A stretch of DNA of 64,000 bases from Candidatus Latescibacterota bacterium. Lineage in GTDB: Bacteria > Latescibacterota > UBA2968 > UBA8231. Each line of letters starts with the position of its first letter. Position 1 is the stretch's first letter. The DNA is taken from contig OZ252098.1 in NCBI GenBank assembly GCA_965248355.1, forward strand, positions 480,001-544,000. The letters are read 5' to 3'. The position numbers and the translations under genes were made by a program. Below are positions 17,999 to 28,429 of this stretch, piece after piece. Below the pieces are notes generated by a model. The model worked only from the letters and a program-made list of their open reading frames with translations, did no database searches and was not told the origin of the DNA.

Positions 17999-20095
17999 GT
18001 GACCCCGAGCAGGACTATCGCCAGGATGCTCCGTGCATTGCCGGTGATGGCCGTGGCCTGTGGCAGCGCGGTCACCGCCGACGATCATCTCGTCGATCTG
18101 GACCGGTGGCGAACTGCGATTCACTACCGGAACACCTTCGCCGCCGCAGGGGCCCGCCCCGGCACGCTGTACGTCGCCGCCGTGGACAGTTTCCAGGTCT
18201 GGTTCAATGGGGCGCCGGTGGGCGAGGACGCCGCAGCCCGCCGCGCCGCCGCGATCCCGGTCGAGCTGGTCAACGGCGGTAACCACATCGCCGTCAGGGT
18301 TGTGAACCACGGCCTTGGAGAGGGACACGGCATGGTGGCTCTCGTCGCCGCAGATACGCTGGTGGGCGTACATACCACGACGGACCGCAGCATCCAAAGC
18401 TGGTACTGGAGCGCGGCGCCCCAGGATGGCCCCGACTGGACCACCGAAGAAGCGGAGGATCTCGAGTGGAGCCTGGTCCAGAATGGCACCTTCGACCTGG
18501 CAGGTGTGGAGGGCCTGCCCGCCGGGGCAAGGGCCGCCGTGGCCGGCTTCCCTGGCGGGATCGACGCCGGCCATCCCGAAGGAGGCCTGCGGCTGAAGCA
18601 GATCGACGGCCAGAACCTGGCCGTCGGCACGCCGGCCAACCGCATCGAGGTCGTCGATGGCGATCTGAACACCTCCTGGGATCCCCCGGTCAACGCCCTG
18701 AACTTCACCGCCAGCCTGGACCTGCAGGTGAGGCGCAACATCCACACCCTGCGCGCCCTGACGCGGCCTGGCCGCAGCGCACAGGACTTGGAGGCCAACT
18801 CCCTCCGCGGCTATTCGGTGCACATCAGCGACGATCAGATCCGCTGGTCGGAGGTCGGCGTGCTGCGGGGCATCACCGAGTTCGCCAGCACCGAGGTGAC
18901 GTTCCTGCCCACCTGGACCCGTTACATCCGCCTGGTCATCATGGAGATCAATGCCATCACCCAGCCCCGGGTGGCGGAAGTAGAGGTCTACGGATCCGGT
19001 CACACTGACCGCGGAGCCTTCGTCTCCGAGCCACTGGACTTCGGACTGACCGACACGGCCAGGAACTTCGGCCGCCTGTGGTGGCAGGCCGACGTGCCGG
19101 AACGCACCCAACTGTCGGTGCAATTCCGGAGCGGTCATACGCAGGAGGATTTCAGCGACGCGGAGGCGGGCTGGAGCCGGGCCTTCAGCGGCCACGGAGA
19201 CACCCTCTGGTTTCCCTCGGCGGAGCCGGCCCGCCTGCTGCAGTATCGTGTCAGCATGTCGACGCGCGACGACACCCGGACGCCCCTCTTTCGCCAGCTT
19301 GTCATCGAGAGTTCCCAGGATCTGGCCGTCACCGAGGCGCGGGCACACGTCAGTCCGAAGACGGCGCGTATCGGCGCAGATACGACGTTTCAGTATACCC
19401 TGGACCTGAGCTTTGGCGAAGGGGCCCAGGGCGTGGAGCGTCTGGCCATCGAGGTCCCGAGCCAGGCCGAGTTACTGACGGTTTCCGGCCTGGGCCCTCG
19501 ATCCGTGAGTACCTGGTCATCGACGCAGCGCAGCCTGCAACTGGAATTCGACGAGCCCTTGCGGGAGGATACCCAACTGGTCATCTCCTTCCGCACCAAG
19601 ACCTTCGCCACGGCCCACAGCTTCCGCTCCGCCCTGTTCTCACCGGGCTCGGAGAACCCCCTCAACCTGCAAGAGAACACGAGTGTCGACGAGGAGACGG
19701 GGGAGGCCCTCTCCTGGCACTTGCTGGCCATCCTGGCTCCCCAGGAGGTCCTGTCCCGCGTGCGGCCCAATCCCCCGGCCTTCTCCCCGAATGGCGACGG
19801 GATCAACGACTTCACGGTGATCGAGATGGTGCTGTCCAAGGTCGACATCCCCGCGCCGGTAAAGGTCGAGATCCATGACCTCTCGGGCCGCCGCGTAGCG
19901 AGTCTGGGCGAGGCGGGGCTGACGGCAGGCACCTACTTCTCGGATGCCTTCACCGGCCCCGGGAGTCCGGGGTACTGGGACGGACGCGACGGAGCGGGCG
20001 CGCTGGTGCCCCCGGGCCTGTATCTCTACCGCGTGGAGGTGCAGCTCGACACGGGTGACGAAGTCTCGGTGGGAACCGTGGCCGTCGCCTACTGA
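17999..20095 (+). CDS. Secreted discoidin (F5/8 type C)-like protein with gliding-motility/T9SS type-B-like CTD and FlgD module
   Basis: YSVHISDDQIRW...TRYIRLVI...VAEVEVYG (discoidin-like) and FSPNGDGIND...WDGRDGAGALVPPGLYLY at the C-terminus. Confidence 0.75.
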   Translation: MTPSRTIARMLRALPVMAVACGSAVTADDHLVDLDRWRTAIHYRNTFAAAGARPGTLYVAAVDSFQVWFNGAPVGEDAAARRAAAIPVELVNGGNHIAVRVVNHGLGEGHGMVALVAADTLVGVHTTTDRSIQSWYWSAAPQDGPDWTTEEAEDLEWSLVQNGTFDLAGVEGLPAGARAAVAGFPGGIDAGHPEGGLRLKQIDGQNLAVGTPANRIEVVDGDLNTSWDPPVNALNFTASLDLQVRRNIHTLRALTRPGRSAQDLEANSLRGYSVHISDDQIRWSEVGVLRGITEFASTEVTFLPTWTRYIRLVIMEINAITQPRVAEVEVYGSGHTDRGAFVSEPLDFGLTDTARNFGRLWWQADVPERTQLSVQFRSGHTQEDFSDAEAGWSRAFSGHGDTLWFPSAEPARLLQYRVSMSTRDDTRTPLFRQLVIESSQDLAVTEARAHVSPKTARIGADTTFQYTLDLSFGEGAQGVERLAIEVPSQAELLTVSGLGPRSVSTWSSTQRSLQLEFDEPLREDTQLVISFRTKTFATAHSFRSALFSPGSENPLNLQENTSVDEETGEALSWHLLAILAPQEVLSRVRPNPPAFSPNGDGINDFTVIEMVLSKVDIPAPVKVEIHDLSGRRVASLGEAGLTAGTYFSDAFTGPGSPGYWDGRDGAGALVPPGLYLYRVEVQLDTGDEVSVGTVAVAY

Positions 20096-20110
20096 TCGCC
20101 GGCGATTGGG

Positions 20111-22825
20111 ATGATCGGCATGACTCCCACGCCGGGCAGGGGGCGCTGCCGGCAGGCCGTGAGGGCCGGCCTGGGAGCCCTCATGGGGCTGCTGGCCGCA
20201 GCCGGCGATTCCGGGGGGCAGTCCCTCGACCGGGACATCGAGTGGGGATACCAGCAGTTCCTGACGCGCGAGTACCGGCCCTTCTGGGACGAGCGCTACG
20301 AGAATCTGTCCTTCCTCAGCTACCGGAACTTCCCCATTCGAGGGGAACAACCCAGGTACGATCCTTTCGGGCTGTACCTGCTGGACGGCAGCGAGATCCT
20401 GCGCATCGAGGAGTACCGGACCTTGGATCCGGGCAACAGTTCCCGGATCCCCACAGGCCCCAGTTTCGGACAGTTTCGGAACCTGGTGATCATGCGCGAC
20501 CACTACGGCAGCTGGTCGACGCGGCTGATGCTCGGACAGCGCCTGAAGGCACACCTGTCACCCCTGGCGCACGCCCGGGCCACCTTCGACGGCATCCGCT
20601 GGGACGCATCCTCTCATCGCAACATGATCTCCATCCTCACATCTCGCGTTTCCCACCGGCCCGCAACAGCTCCCCGGGCCACCCCTTTCGGAACCTACCT
20701 CTACGGGGGGCGATGGCAGAGCCAGCTGGGGGATATCGCCACCTTCGGGGCGACCTACGCCGACGTCCACCTGCGCGACACCTCGCAGAGAAAGGGGGAT
20801 TTTCGCGGTGTCTTTCCGAAGGATCTGAACCCGGCGGACTCCTACTTCGTGATCGTCAGTGACGACAGTCCCGAGGACGGTGTCGGGCCGCTGGTGTACG
20901 CCGTCGAGATGTGGTCTCAGGGGAGGCGGATGGAGGCCCAGGCCGAGGTGCGCTGGGTCCTGGGTGCGGCTCGCTCCGATGACGTGGCCCACATCCGCAG
21001 GAACGGGTCCTGGGCCGTCCTGTCCATGGAGGCCGACCGGTTGTTGAAGCCGGTACAGCCGGGAAGGGGACGTTTCTACAGCAGCGGCATCCCCGCTGTG
21101 GTCGATGGCCGGGGCACGGAGGTGGCCGGTACCGACCTGCTCGTAATTCGATTTGACGCGCCGCCCGAGACGGAGGATTTGCACTTCCGGGTGTTGGCTT
21201 CGGGTGACTACAACCTCGACCTGGGCGCCTCCTACGTGCTGGCGGGGGTGCCAGACCGATCCTGGTCCGACTGGCACAACGTGACCCGGGCCCCGGGCAA
21301 CGTGCGCGACGGATCCAACCTTGGCTGGGTGGATCTCTACTACGGCTTTCCCACGGGCCTGGCGAATCTCGGCGCCGATATCGAGATCGACCTGTGGGAT
21401 GTGGAGGTGAAAGGCGAGTACGTCCGCAACACCTCGAACTACCAGCTCCCGATATTCGGCGATCATTCCCGGCGGCGCACGGCGGCGTGGTACCTCAAGG
21501 GCGTGCGCCGCATGGGCGAAGGCTGGCGGCTGGGCGGCGAGATTCACCACATGCCGTCCGACTACGTCAACTCTCTGCCCATGTGGTCGCACAGCACCCG
21601 CAAGGTCCTGGCCTACCACATGGTAGAGGACAACGACGACCGCGACGAGTGGCCGGACGAGTACGAACACTGGGATCCCTTGCACCCCACCTACGTCACC
21701 AACAAGCGGAACAACGTCGACGTGGACGCGGCCCTGTCCGAGGTCAGCCGCGACTACGGCTTCGGGGGGGACTTCACCTACGGCGTGTACCCGGGTCTCG
21801 ACGCGGACCAGGACGGGGAGCCGGACACCAACGTCAACCGGAACGAGTTCGCCGACTACGTGGAGCCTTTCCTGATGTACTACGTGGAGCCGGACGAGTT
21901 CGTCTACGGAGATGACTTCAACAACAACGGCGTCGTGGACCCCCGCGAGAACGACAACCGCCCCGACTATCCCTATCCGCTCGATTCGGATGGCTACCAC
22001 GTCTTCGGCAGCTTCCTGGGCGGAGCGGGCCGGGTCCAGGCCCGCATCGGCCGTTACGAGTTGCACCAGGCGGCCGGCGACGGCCGTAACGAGGTCTCCT
22101 ATGCCGAGGCCCGTTACCGGTGGCGGAGTCCGCGCTCCGGCAGCCTCGATCTGCGTGGCCGCCTTCGACGGGTGAAGGACGACATCCCCGACCCCACTTA
22201 CATCACGATCGTGGAACCCCTGTCGGCGACCAACCGGGCCACGGCGATCCATCTCGACCGGTTGCTGACGCGGAACAGCCTGGTCAACACCGTCTACGCC
22301 GGGTCCGTGTACGATGGTGTAGCCGGCCTGACCGTGGTAAACGCCACCAAGCTGGACGTCAATCGCCGCCTGGATGACCGGCGAGGCATGGGAAAGACCA
22401 TCACGGACTGGACGTGGGTCAGCAAGGCGGACTACGCCTGGGGTTTCTCCGAGCACCTGACTTTCACTCCCATGGCCAAGCTGCTGGTGCAGCGCCTCGA
22501 CGGCCCCGGCGACCTGATCGCCGACCGGCACACGTGGGAGTGGTTTCCGATCCTGCGCCTCGACCTTTCCTTCAGCCAGTCCACGGGAATCCGCACCGGC
22601 GTGCAGGGGTTTCCCTTCAAGCACCTCTACCGCCACGCCGAATCCAGGTCCTCCAACTTCGACGCCCGCCACTACGTGGTCACCTTCCACACCCGGCGGA
22701 GTTACACCGGCTACAACGCCAGCATCAATGTCGGCTTGCGCCGCAGCCGTGAGGAACTGACAAACCTGCAGGCCGGGAGCGTGCGGGACTTCACCCAGTT
22801 CTTCGTCCAGGCGCGGATCCTCTGA
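20111..22825 (+). CDS. Hypothetical outer-membrane beta-barrel protein with Asp-rich Ca-binding-like loop (paralog 1)
   Basis: 904 aa, signal-like N-terminus, amphipathic strands, and motifs shared with the next two ORFs (GNVRDxSNLxW, DNDDxD, YGDDxNNNG, PDYPY). Confidence 0.7.
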   Translation: MIGMTPTPGRGRCRQAVRAGLGALMGLLAAAGDSGGQSLDRDIEWGYQQFLTREYRPFWDERYENLSFLSYRNFPIRGEQPRYDPFGLYLLDGSEILRIEEYRTLDPGNSSRIPTGPSFGQFRNLVIMRDHYGSWSTRLMLGQRLKAHLSPLAHARATFDGIRWDASSHRNMISILTSRVSHRPATAPRATPFGTYLYGGRWQSQLGDIATFGATYADVHLRDTSQRKGDFRGVFPKDLNPADSYFVIVSDDSPEDGVGPLVYAVEMWSQGRRMEAQAEVRWVLGAARSDDVAHIRRNGSWAVLSMEADRLLKPVQPGRGRFYSSGIPAVVDGRGTEVAGTDLLVIRFDAPPETEDLHFRVLASGDYNLDLGASYVLAGVPDRSWSDWHNVTRAPGNVRDGSNLGWVDLYYGFPTGLANLGADIEIDLWDVEVKGEYVRNTSNYQLPIFGDHSRRRTAAWYLKGVRRMGEGWRLGGEIHHMPSDYVNSLPMWSHSTRKVLAYHMVEDNDDRDEWPDEYEHWDPLHPTYVTNKRNNVDVDAALSEVSRDYGFGGDFTYGVYPGLDADQDGEPDTNVNRNEFADYVEPFLMYYVEPDEFVYGDDFNNNGVVDPRENDNRPDYPYPLDSDGYHVFGSFLGGAGRVQARIGRYELHQAAGDGRNEVSYAEARYRWRSPRSGSLDLRGRLRRVKDDIPDPTYITIVEPLSATNRATAIHLDRLLTRNSLVNTVYAGSVYDGVAGLTVVNATKLDVNRRLDDRRGMGKTITDWTWVSKADYAWGFSEHLTFTPMAKLLVQRLDGPGDLIADRHTWEWFPILRLDLSFSQSTGIRTGVQGFPFKHLYRHAESRSSNFDARHYVVTFHTRRSYTGYNASINVGLRRSREELTNLQAGSVRDFTQFFVQARIL

Positions 22826-25554
22826 TGGCCATCGGTCGGACAAAGCGCGCGGCCTCCCTCGTCCTGCTGCTGACGCTGGCGGCGGATCCGCCTTCCCCGG
22901 CGACGGCCCAGATGCTGTGGGACAACGAGGAGTGGCGCTACGTCAACTACGCTCGACAGGGATACCGGCCCTATACCGGCGGCGTCTGGTCCGAGTTGCG
23001 CAAGCCCGCTTTCGACGAGCTCGGCAACTACCTGATGCAGGGGGTCCAGGTCTTTCGCACCGAGGAAGCGCGTGAGAACGATCCCCTGGCGGGCAGCCTG
23101 GTGGACGAGTCGGTGGAGTACCGCATCAATCTCAACCGCCTCGTCATCGGACACGACTCCTACGGGGACCGGTCGAGCCGGCTCATGGTGGGGGACTTCA
23201 TCCGCACGAAGTTCAGCGCCTTGACCCTCGACCTGGCCTCCCTGAACGGCGTGCGTTGGGATATCGACCTGAACCCCACCCAGGTCACCCTCGTGTCGTC
23301 GCGTATGGACTGGCCCATCTTTCCCTCGGGGAGGCTGCTGGCGCGGACCGACCGCGACAACGAGGCGCACCGGGAGCGTCGTTGGTCGACCTACCTGCTC
23401 GGCGGCCACGTGGGGCGCCGATTCGGCGCCTTGAACCTGGGCTTCAACTACGTGAACCTGCACCGCACCGACAGCCTGGTCGACTGGGGGGACAACAACA
23501 TCCGCGGCGTGCTCCCCTCGGCCGTCAACCGCCCGCCGGCCTGGATTGCCGTGCGGGTCAATGACGGATCCGACGAGGACGAGCAGGGGGCCCGGGTCCA
23601 TGAGATGCGGATCAAGAACCCCGAATTGGCCCACGTGGTGGCGGATGTGACCCTGCACGACACGGAGGTGATAGACCAGTCCTATCCGAATGGCGACCAG
23701 TTCTTTCCCCAGGGACGCCGTATCCCCCCGTACGTGCAGTTCCTGAAGGGAGAGTTCCCGCCCGCCCAGCGCCGCGCGGAAGGGTATCACCAGGCCGACG
23801 GGACGAAGTATCTCATCTTCTGGTTCCAGATCCCCCACGAGCTCCGGGACACGATCTCGGAGGTCGAATTCGAAGCCCTGGTATCCGACGACTACGACAT
23901 CGAGCTGTCGGAGGTCTTCCTCCCCATCAGCCGCGAGACCTCGAGCAACCCGTCCATCAGCGGCGAGCGGGCGACCTACTACTACTCCGTGGCTGGATCC
24001 AGGGGCAACGTCAGGGATCAGTCGAATCTGGAGTGGATCGAGTTCTCCTACGGCCGCCAGACAGGACGCACCACCGCCAGCGTGCGCATGGAGTACGAGC
24101 GTCCCGGCTTCGAGCTCACGGCGGAGCTGGCCGGCACGTGGGACTTCCGCCAGCATTCGTCCACTGCGGGCCGAAAGGCGTGGCAGGCGACCCGTGCCCA
24201 GGGCTGGTTCGCCAACTTCGAGAAGCACTTGGCGGGCCTGGTGGTCGGCGGCGAGCTGTTCCGCATGGACCCGCTGTACAGCACCCTGGTGTCGGCGGAG
24301 GACCCCGAGTACTCGAGCTACTCCGACGATCTCAACAGCCCCTTCGGGATCCCTCACTCCTTTCCCATCGACCGCAACAACACGGTCGATATGGATACCG
24401 TCGACGACAACGACGACAAGGACCTGGCTCCCGACTTCCACTTCCTTCCCCACTTGCAGGATGCCAGCGTGCTTCCGGGCCGGGATCTCGACCTCGACGG
24501 TCGAATCGACGACAACCAGAATGGCAACGGCATCCCCGACTACCTGGAGCCGTTCTTCCTCTATCACTCCGATCCCGCCGAGTTCGTATACGGCGACGAT
24601 CTCAACAACAACAACATCATCGACCACCGCGAAGACGACCGTGCGCCCGACTATCCGTACGACGTCGATCTGGAGGGCTACCACCTCTTCGTCGATCTCG
24701 ATCCGCTTCGTGACCTGCGCATGCGTCTTGGGCGCTTCCGCACCGAGGAGATCTGGGGCGGAGGCGGCAACGACGTGAACTATGCCCGGGTGGACTACGA
24801 GCGCACCTTCTTTCCCTTTGGCAAGGTGTTGCTCACGAATTACCTGAAGAAGGTGCGCGACGACATCGAGAACGATGCCCCCTTCCTGTCCGTGTTCGCA
24901 CCGAACCAGCTGCCGCTGCAGCCGGGGACCGGGGTCGGCTCCTTGCTGAACGTGCAGGTGGCGGACGAGTTGTGGATGCGCGACAGCCTGGTGAACACCA
25001 GCTACCTCGATGCCACCCTCTTCCGCTTCGCCAACCTCAATATCAACAACCGCCTCAAATACCAGTCGAACTGGCAGCGCGAGACCCCCTTCCAGCCCGC
25101 CAACCGGCTGGCGGAGTGGTCCTGGGTCCTGCGGGCGGAATACGCCTGGCGCCTGCGGGGCCTCACGGTCCGGCCGCGTCTGAAATACATGGTCTACCGG
25201 CGATCGGACCGGGAGGCGCGGCGCTACCCGGTGTCCGAGCGCTATTTCTATCCCATGCTCATGGCCAGCTACGCTCTCACGGACCAGACGACGATCTCCG
25301 GCGGCGCCCAGGGGATCCCCTTCCTGGAGGCCCGCTTCCGTGACCTCACCCATCCGGATACGGACTGGAACTCGCGGGACTACATCATCTCCCTCACCAA
25401 CCGCACCACCTACCAGGGCCAGCAGCTGAGCCTCAACATGGGCTGGCACCTGCAGGTGGTCGAGTTCCAGGAGAAGGCGCGGCGTGACGAGGGCGTGGAC
25501 CGCTCCTTGTTCTTCCTGCGCCTGATTCTCGGCGCCGAGCCTTTCAAGGGGTGA
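22825..25554 (+). CDS. Hypothetical outer-membrane beta-barrel protein with Asp-rich loop (paralog 2)
   Basis: 909 aa, TGATG overlap with paralog 1, same motif series. Confidence 0.7.
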   Translation: MAIGRTKRAASLVLLLTLAADPPSPATAQMLWDNEEWRYVNYARQGYRPYTGGVWSELRKPAFDELGNYLMQGVQVFRTEEARENDPLAGSLVDESVEYRINLNRLVIGHDSYGDRSSRLMVGDFIRTKFSALTLDLASLNGVRWDIDLNPTQVTLVSSRMDWPIFPSGRLLARTDRDNEAHRERRWSTYLLGGHVGRRFGALNLGFNYVNLHRTDSLVDWGDNNIRGVLPSAVNRPPAWIAVRVNDGSDEDEQGARVHEMRIKNPELAHVVADVTLHDTEVIDQSYPNGDQFFPQGRRIPPYVQFLKGEFPPAQRRAEGYHQADGTKYLIFWFQIPHELRDTISEVEFEALVSDDYDIELSEVFLPISRETSSNPSISGERATYYYSVAGSRGNVRDQSNLEWIEFSYGRQTGRTTASVRMEYERPGFELTAELAGTWDFRQHSSTAGRKAWQATRAQGWFANFEKHLAGLVVGGELFRMDPLYSTLVSAEDPEYSSYSDDLNSPFGIPHSFPIDRNNTVDMDTVDDNDDKDLAPDFHFLPHLQDASVLPGRDLDLDGRIDDNQNGNGIPDYLEPFFLYHSDPAEFVYGDDLNNNNIIDHREDDRAPDYPYDVDLEGYHLFVDLDPLRDLRMRLGRFRTEEIWGGGGNDVNYARVDYERTFFPFGKVLLTNYLKKVRDDIENDAPFLSVFAPNQLPLQPGTGVGSLLNVQVADELWMRDSLVNTSYLDATLFRFANLNINNRLKYQSNWQRETPFQPANRLAEWSWVLRAEYAWRLRGLTVRPRLKYMVYRRSDREARRYPVSERYFYPMLMASYALTDQTTISGGAQGIPFLEARFRDLTHPDTDWNSRDYIISLTNRTTYQGQQLSLNMGWHLQVVEFQEKARRDEGVDRSLFFLRLILGAEPFKG

Positions 25555-28421
25555 GTCCGGTGAGGCGGTTCCACATTCTGGCCCTGCTCCTGGCAGCGAC
25601 GGCCGTCTGGGGGCAGCGGGACCAACCGGGGGGTGACACGCCCTGGCTGGACAAGGAGGAGGACCCGCCGGATCGACTGGGCGTCACCCGCGTGGTGCCC
25701 GGCGAGGAGTTCCTGTACCGGGCCTGGGCGGACTACGAGAACTACGGCATCCGCGACTTCCAGCTTCCAGAGACCTCCTGGCAGGCCCGCCGCAACCACT
25801 ACGGCCCCATGGGGAACTTCCTCCTCAACGGCTACGATTCCTACCGGTGGCTGGAAACGCGGGCCAACTCGAGCCGCGGCGACGCGCCCAACAGCACCTT
25901 GTCGAAGTCGAACATGGGCATCTTCCAGCAGAACCTGGTGGCCCGGGAATCGCACAAGGGCTGGGCGACGGCGCTGATCCTGGGCGAGGAGATGCGCACG
26001 AAGTTCACCCCTCTCACGCTGAGCCTGGCGGGCATCAACGGCGTGCGCCTCGACGCGCAGCGCCAGTTCCCGCAGTGGTCGACCCGGTTCACGGCCCTGG
26101 CCTCGCGCTGGAGCGCCCCCGTGTGGACGGGGAACGTTACGGGCGAGCAGCAGGACACGCGCCGTACCCTCTCCATGCTCATGGCCGCCCACTCCGACGT
26201 CCAGGTAGGCCGCCTCGTCACCGGCGGCACGGTGATCAACTATCACAACGCCGACGCATACCAGGAGTCCTTCAACCTCAAAGGCCAGCTCCAGTCCGGC
26301 CAGGTCAAGCCGAGCTTCGTCGTGGTCAAGTTCTCCGACGACTCGCCTTTCGACGAGGAGGGCGGCGCCGTGATCAATGACGTCTTCCTCGTCGTCGACG
26401 GCGTCGAGCGCCACGACCTGCAGCCGACCTACGTGCGCGTCAACTCCAGGAATCCCACGGCACTCGGGCGCTTCAACCGGCTCACGGGTCAGTTCAACCG
26501 CACCATTTACAACGACGGCGGGATCCGGTTCGCCGACTACTTCTATCGCCTCGACCAACTCTCCGGGCAGGAGGTGAGCAACGTCAACCTCGAGGAGTTG
26601 GAGCGCTTCATCCAGGTCGTGCCGCCCACGGCCCGCCTGGAGGCGAGCGGCGACTGGGTCATCCTGGCCTGGTTCGATCTCCGGGCCGAGCCGTCGGTGC
26701 GCTCCGTCGAGGTGCGGGCCCTGGTGGGAAACGACTACCGCATCGACGTGGTCGGGCTCTTCGACGACGATCCGCGGCAACGGACCTACGAGGGCCGCTG
26801 GTCGGCGGGAGGCATCGAGGGGCAGGCGAGGGCCAAGGGCAACGTGCAGGACCTGTCCAACCTCGGCTGGGTCAGCATCGACGCCGGAGCCTGGACGGGA
26901 CGCTACGTGCTCGGCTGGAACGGCTCCTGGGAAGGACGGGATGGCCGGATCCGCTGGGAGTACGCCCGCAGCCTCGACTACTTCCGGTATCCCGACGGAC
27001 CTCCGGGACACCGCCAGCCCAAGGAGATCACGGGTGTCCGGATCTGGAAAGGGGAGGTGAGCAGGCACACGGAGCACGCCTACTACGTGACCGCCGAGTG
27101 GGGGCGCGGTCTGTGGGAAGCCGGTGCCGAGGCGTTCTCGCTGCCCGACCGCTTCAACCGCCACCTGCCCACCACCTCCACCTTCGCCCTGGCCCGTACC
27201 GATGGCTTCGTGGAGGACAACGACGACAACGACAGCTGGCCCGACGCCGGCCCGGGAGACCGGCCCCGGCACTTCGGAGACAAGTCCTCCGACCCGGACG
27301 GGGTCTTTCCCGGCAAGGACGAGGACAACGACGGCATTCCCGACACCAACCGCAATCAGAACGACCTGCCCGACTACGAGGAAGCCTTCCTTCTGTTCTA
27401 CGTGGAACCCGACGAGTACGTCTACGGCCGCGACTGGAACCACAACGGCGTCGCGGATGAGCGCGAGGACGACCTCGAGCCCGACTTCCCGTACCAGCTC
27501 GGTCAGGCGGGCGCCCACGTGTACGGCCGCCTGAACCTGAGGAGCCGCTGGCTTCCCGGGGTGTTGACCCTCGGCCTCGGCCGTCTCGACGCCGAGGGCA
27601 TCGCCAACGGAGGACGAAACGAGAGCGACTACGGTCAGCTCATCTGGAGGGCCGGGGTCCCCGGCGTGGCACAGGTTCGCTTTGAGACCCTTCTCGAACG
27701 GGTCCACGACGACGTGGCGAATCCGTACTACCGCCTCGACGAGATCCTCGGCGAGCCCCTTGGCAGCGGCGGCTTCACCTTTGCCGGCGCCACGGCCTAC
27801 CACCGCGTCGTCGTGCGCGATCCCCTGGAGTGGCGCAACAGCACCGAGCGCCAGCACTACCTGCAGTGCGAGTTGCAGCCCCTGCCCGGGCTGAGGCTGT
27901 GGGGCAACCTGCGCCATTCCCTCAACGAGCAGAAGGGCGGCGTCCTCATCGAGGGCCGCGACCTGGGGCCGGACGAGATCAGCCTGTGGACCTCGGTCAT
28001 CAAGGCCGAGTACGTCTGGGAGCCGACCCGAAGCTGGCAGATTTTCGGCCAGGCCAAGGGCCTGCTCCTGCGCGAGGACCGGGTCAGTGTGGCCACGGAC
28101 CTGCAGGACCAGCGCACCTTCGTGCCCATCGTCAAGGGCCGCTATGCCCTGACGCCGCGCACCGACCTGTGGCTCGGGGTGCAGGGCCTGCCCGGGCTGC
28201 CCCTCGTGGTGAGGGACCGGGCGGACGGGTTCAACTCCCGCGAGGAACGGGTCTGGGTGGCGCAGCTGACGAACAAGTCTCCGTACCTCGGCTACGACAC
28301 CGCCATGACCCTCGGCGTCAAGAGCGTCGATCGCGACTACCAGGATCCGACGCGGGAGCTGGAGGACATGCAGGTCCTCTCGATCTTCCTGCGCATCCTG
28401 CTGGGCTACACCATCGACTGA
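25551..28421 (+). CDS. Hypothetical outer-membrane beta-barrel protein with Asp-rich loop (paralog 3)
   Basis: 956 aa, GTGA overlap with paralog 2, clear signal peptide, same motif series. Confidence 0.7.
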   Translation: MSPVRRFHILALLLAATAVWGQRDQPGGDTPWLDKEEDPPDRLGVTRVVPGEEFLYRAWADYENYGIRDFQLPETSWQARRNHYGPMGNFLLNGYDSYRWLETRANSSRGDAPNSTLSKSNMGIFQQNLVARESHKGWATALILGEEMRTKFTPLTLSLAGINGVRLDAQRQFPQWSTRFTALASRWSAPVWTGNVTGEQQDTRRTLSMLMAAHSDVQVGRLVTGGTVINYHNADAYQESFNLKGQLQSGQVKPSFVVVKFSDDSPFDEEGGAVINDVFLVVDGVERHDLQPTYVRVNSRNPTALGRFNRLTGQFNRTIYNDGGIRFADYFYRLDQLSGQEVSNVNLEELERFIQVVPPTARLEASGDWVILAWFDLRAEPSVRSVEVRALVGNDYRIDVVGLFDDDPRQRTYEGRWSAGGIEGQARAKGNVQDLSNLGWVSIDAGAWTGRYVLGWNGSWEGRDGRIRWEYARSLDYFRYPDGPPGHRQPKEITGVRIWKGEVSRHTEHAYYVTAEWGRGLWEAGAEAFSLPDRFNRHLPTTSTFALARTDGFVEDNDDNDSWPDAGPGDRPRHFGDKSSDPDGVFPGKDEDNDGIPDTNRNQNDLPDYEEAFLLFYVEPDEYVYGRDWNHNGVADEREDDLEPDFPYQLGQAGAHVYGRLNLRSRWLPGVLTLGLGRLDAEGIANGGRNESDYGQLIWRAGVPGVAQVRFETLLERVHDDVANPYYRLDEILGEPLGSGGFTFAGATAYHRVVVRDPLEWRNSTERQHYLQCELQPLPGLRLWGNLRHSLNEQKGGVLIEGRDLGPDEISLWTSVIKAEYVWEPTRSWQIFGQAKGLLLREDRVSVATDLQDQRTFVPIVKGRYALTPRTDLWLGVQGLPGLPLVVRDRADGFNSREERVWVAQLTNKSPYLGYDTAMTLGVKSVDRDYQDPTRELEDMQVLSIFLRILLGYTID

Positions 28422-28429
28422 GAAGGATC

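Noticed and set aside
20111-28421. TonB-dependent receptors or SusC-like genes
   Set aside because: No recognisable plug motif or typical TBDT C-terminal signature.
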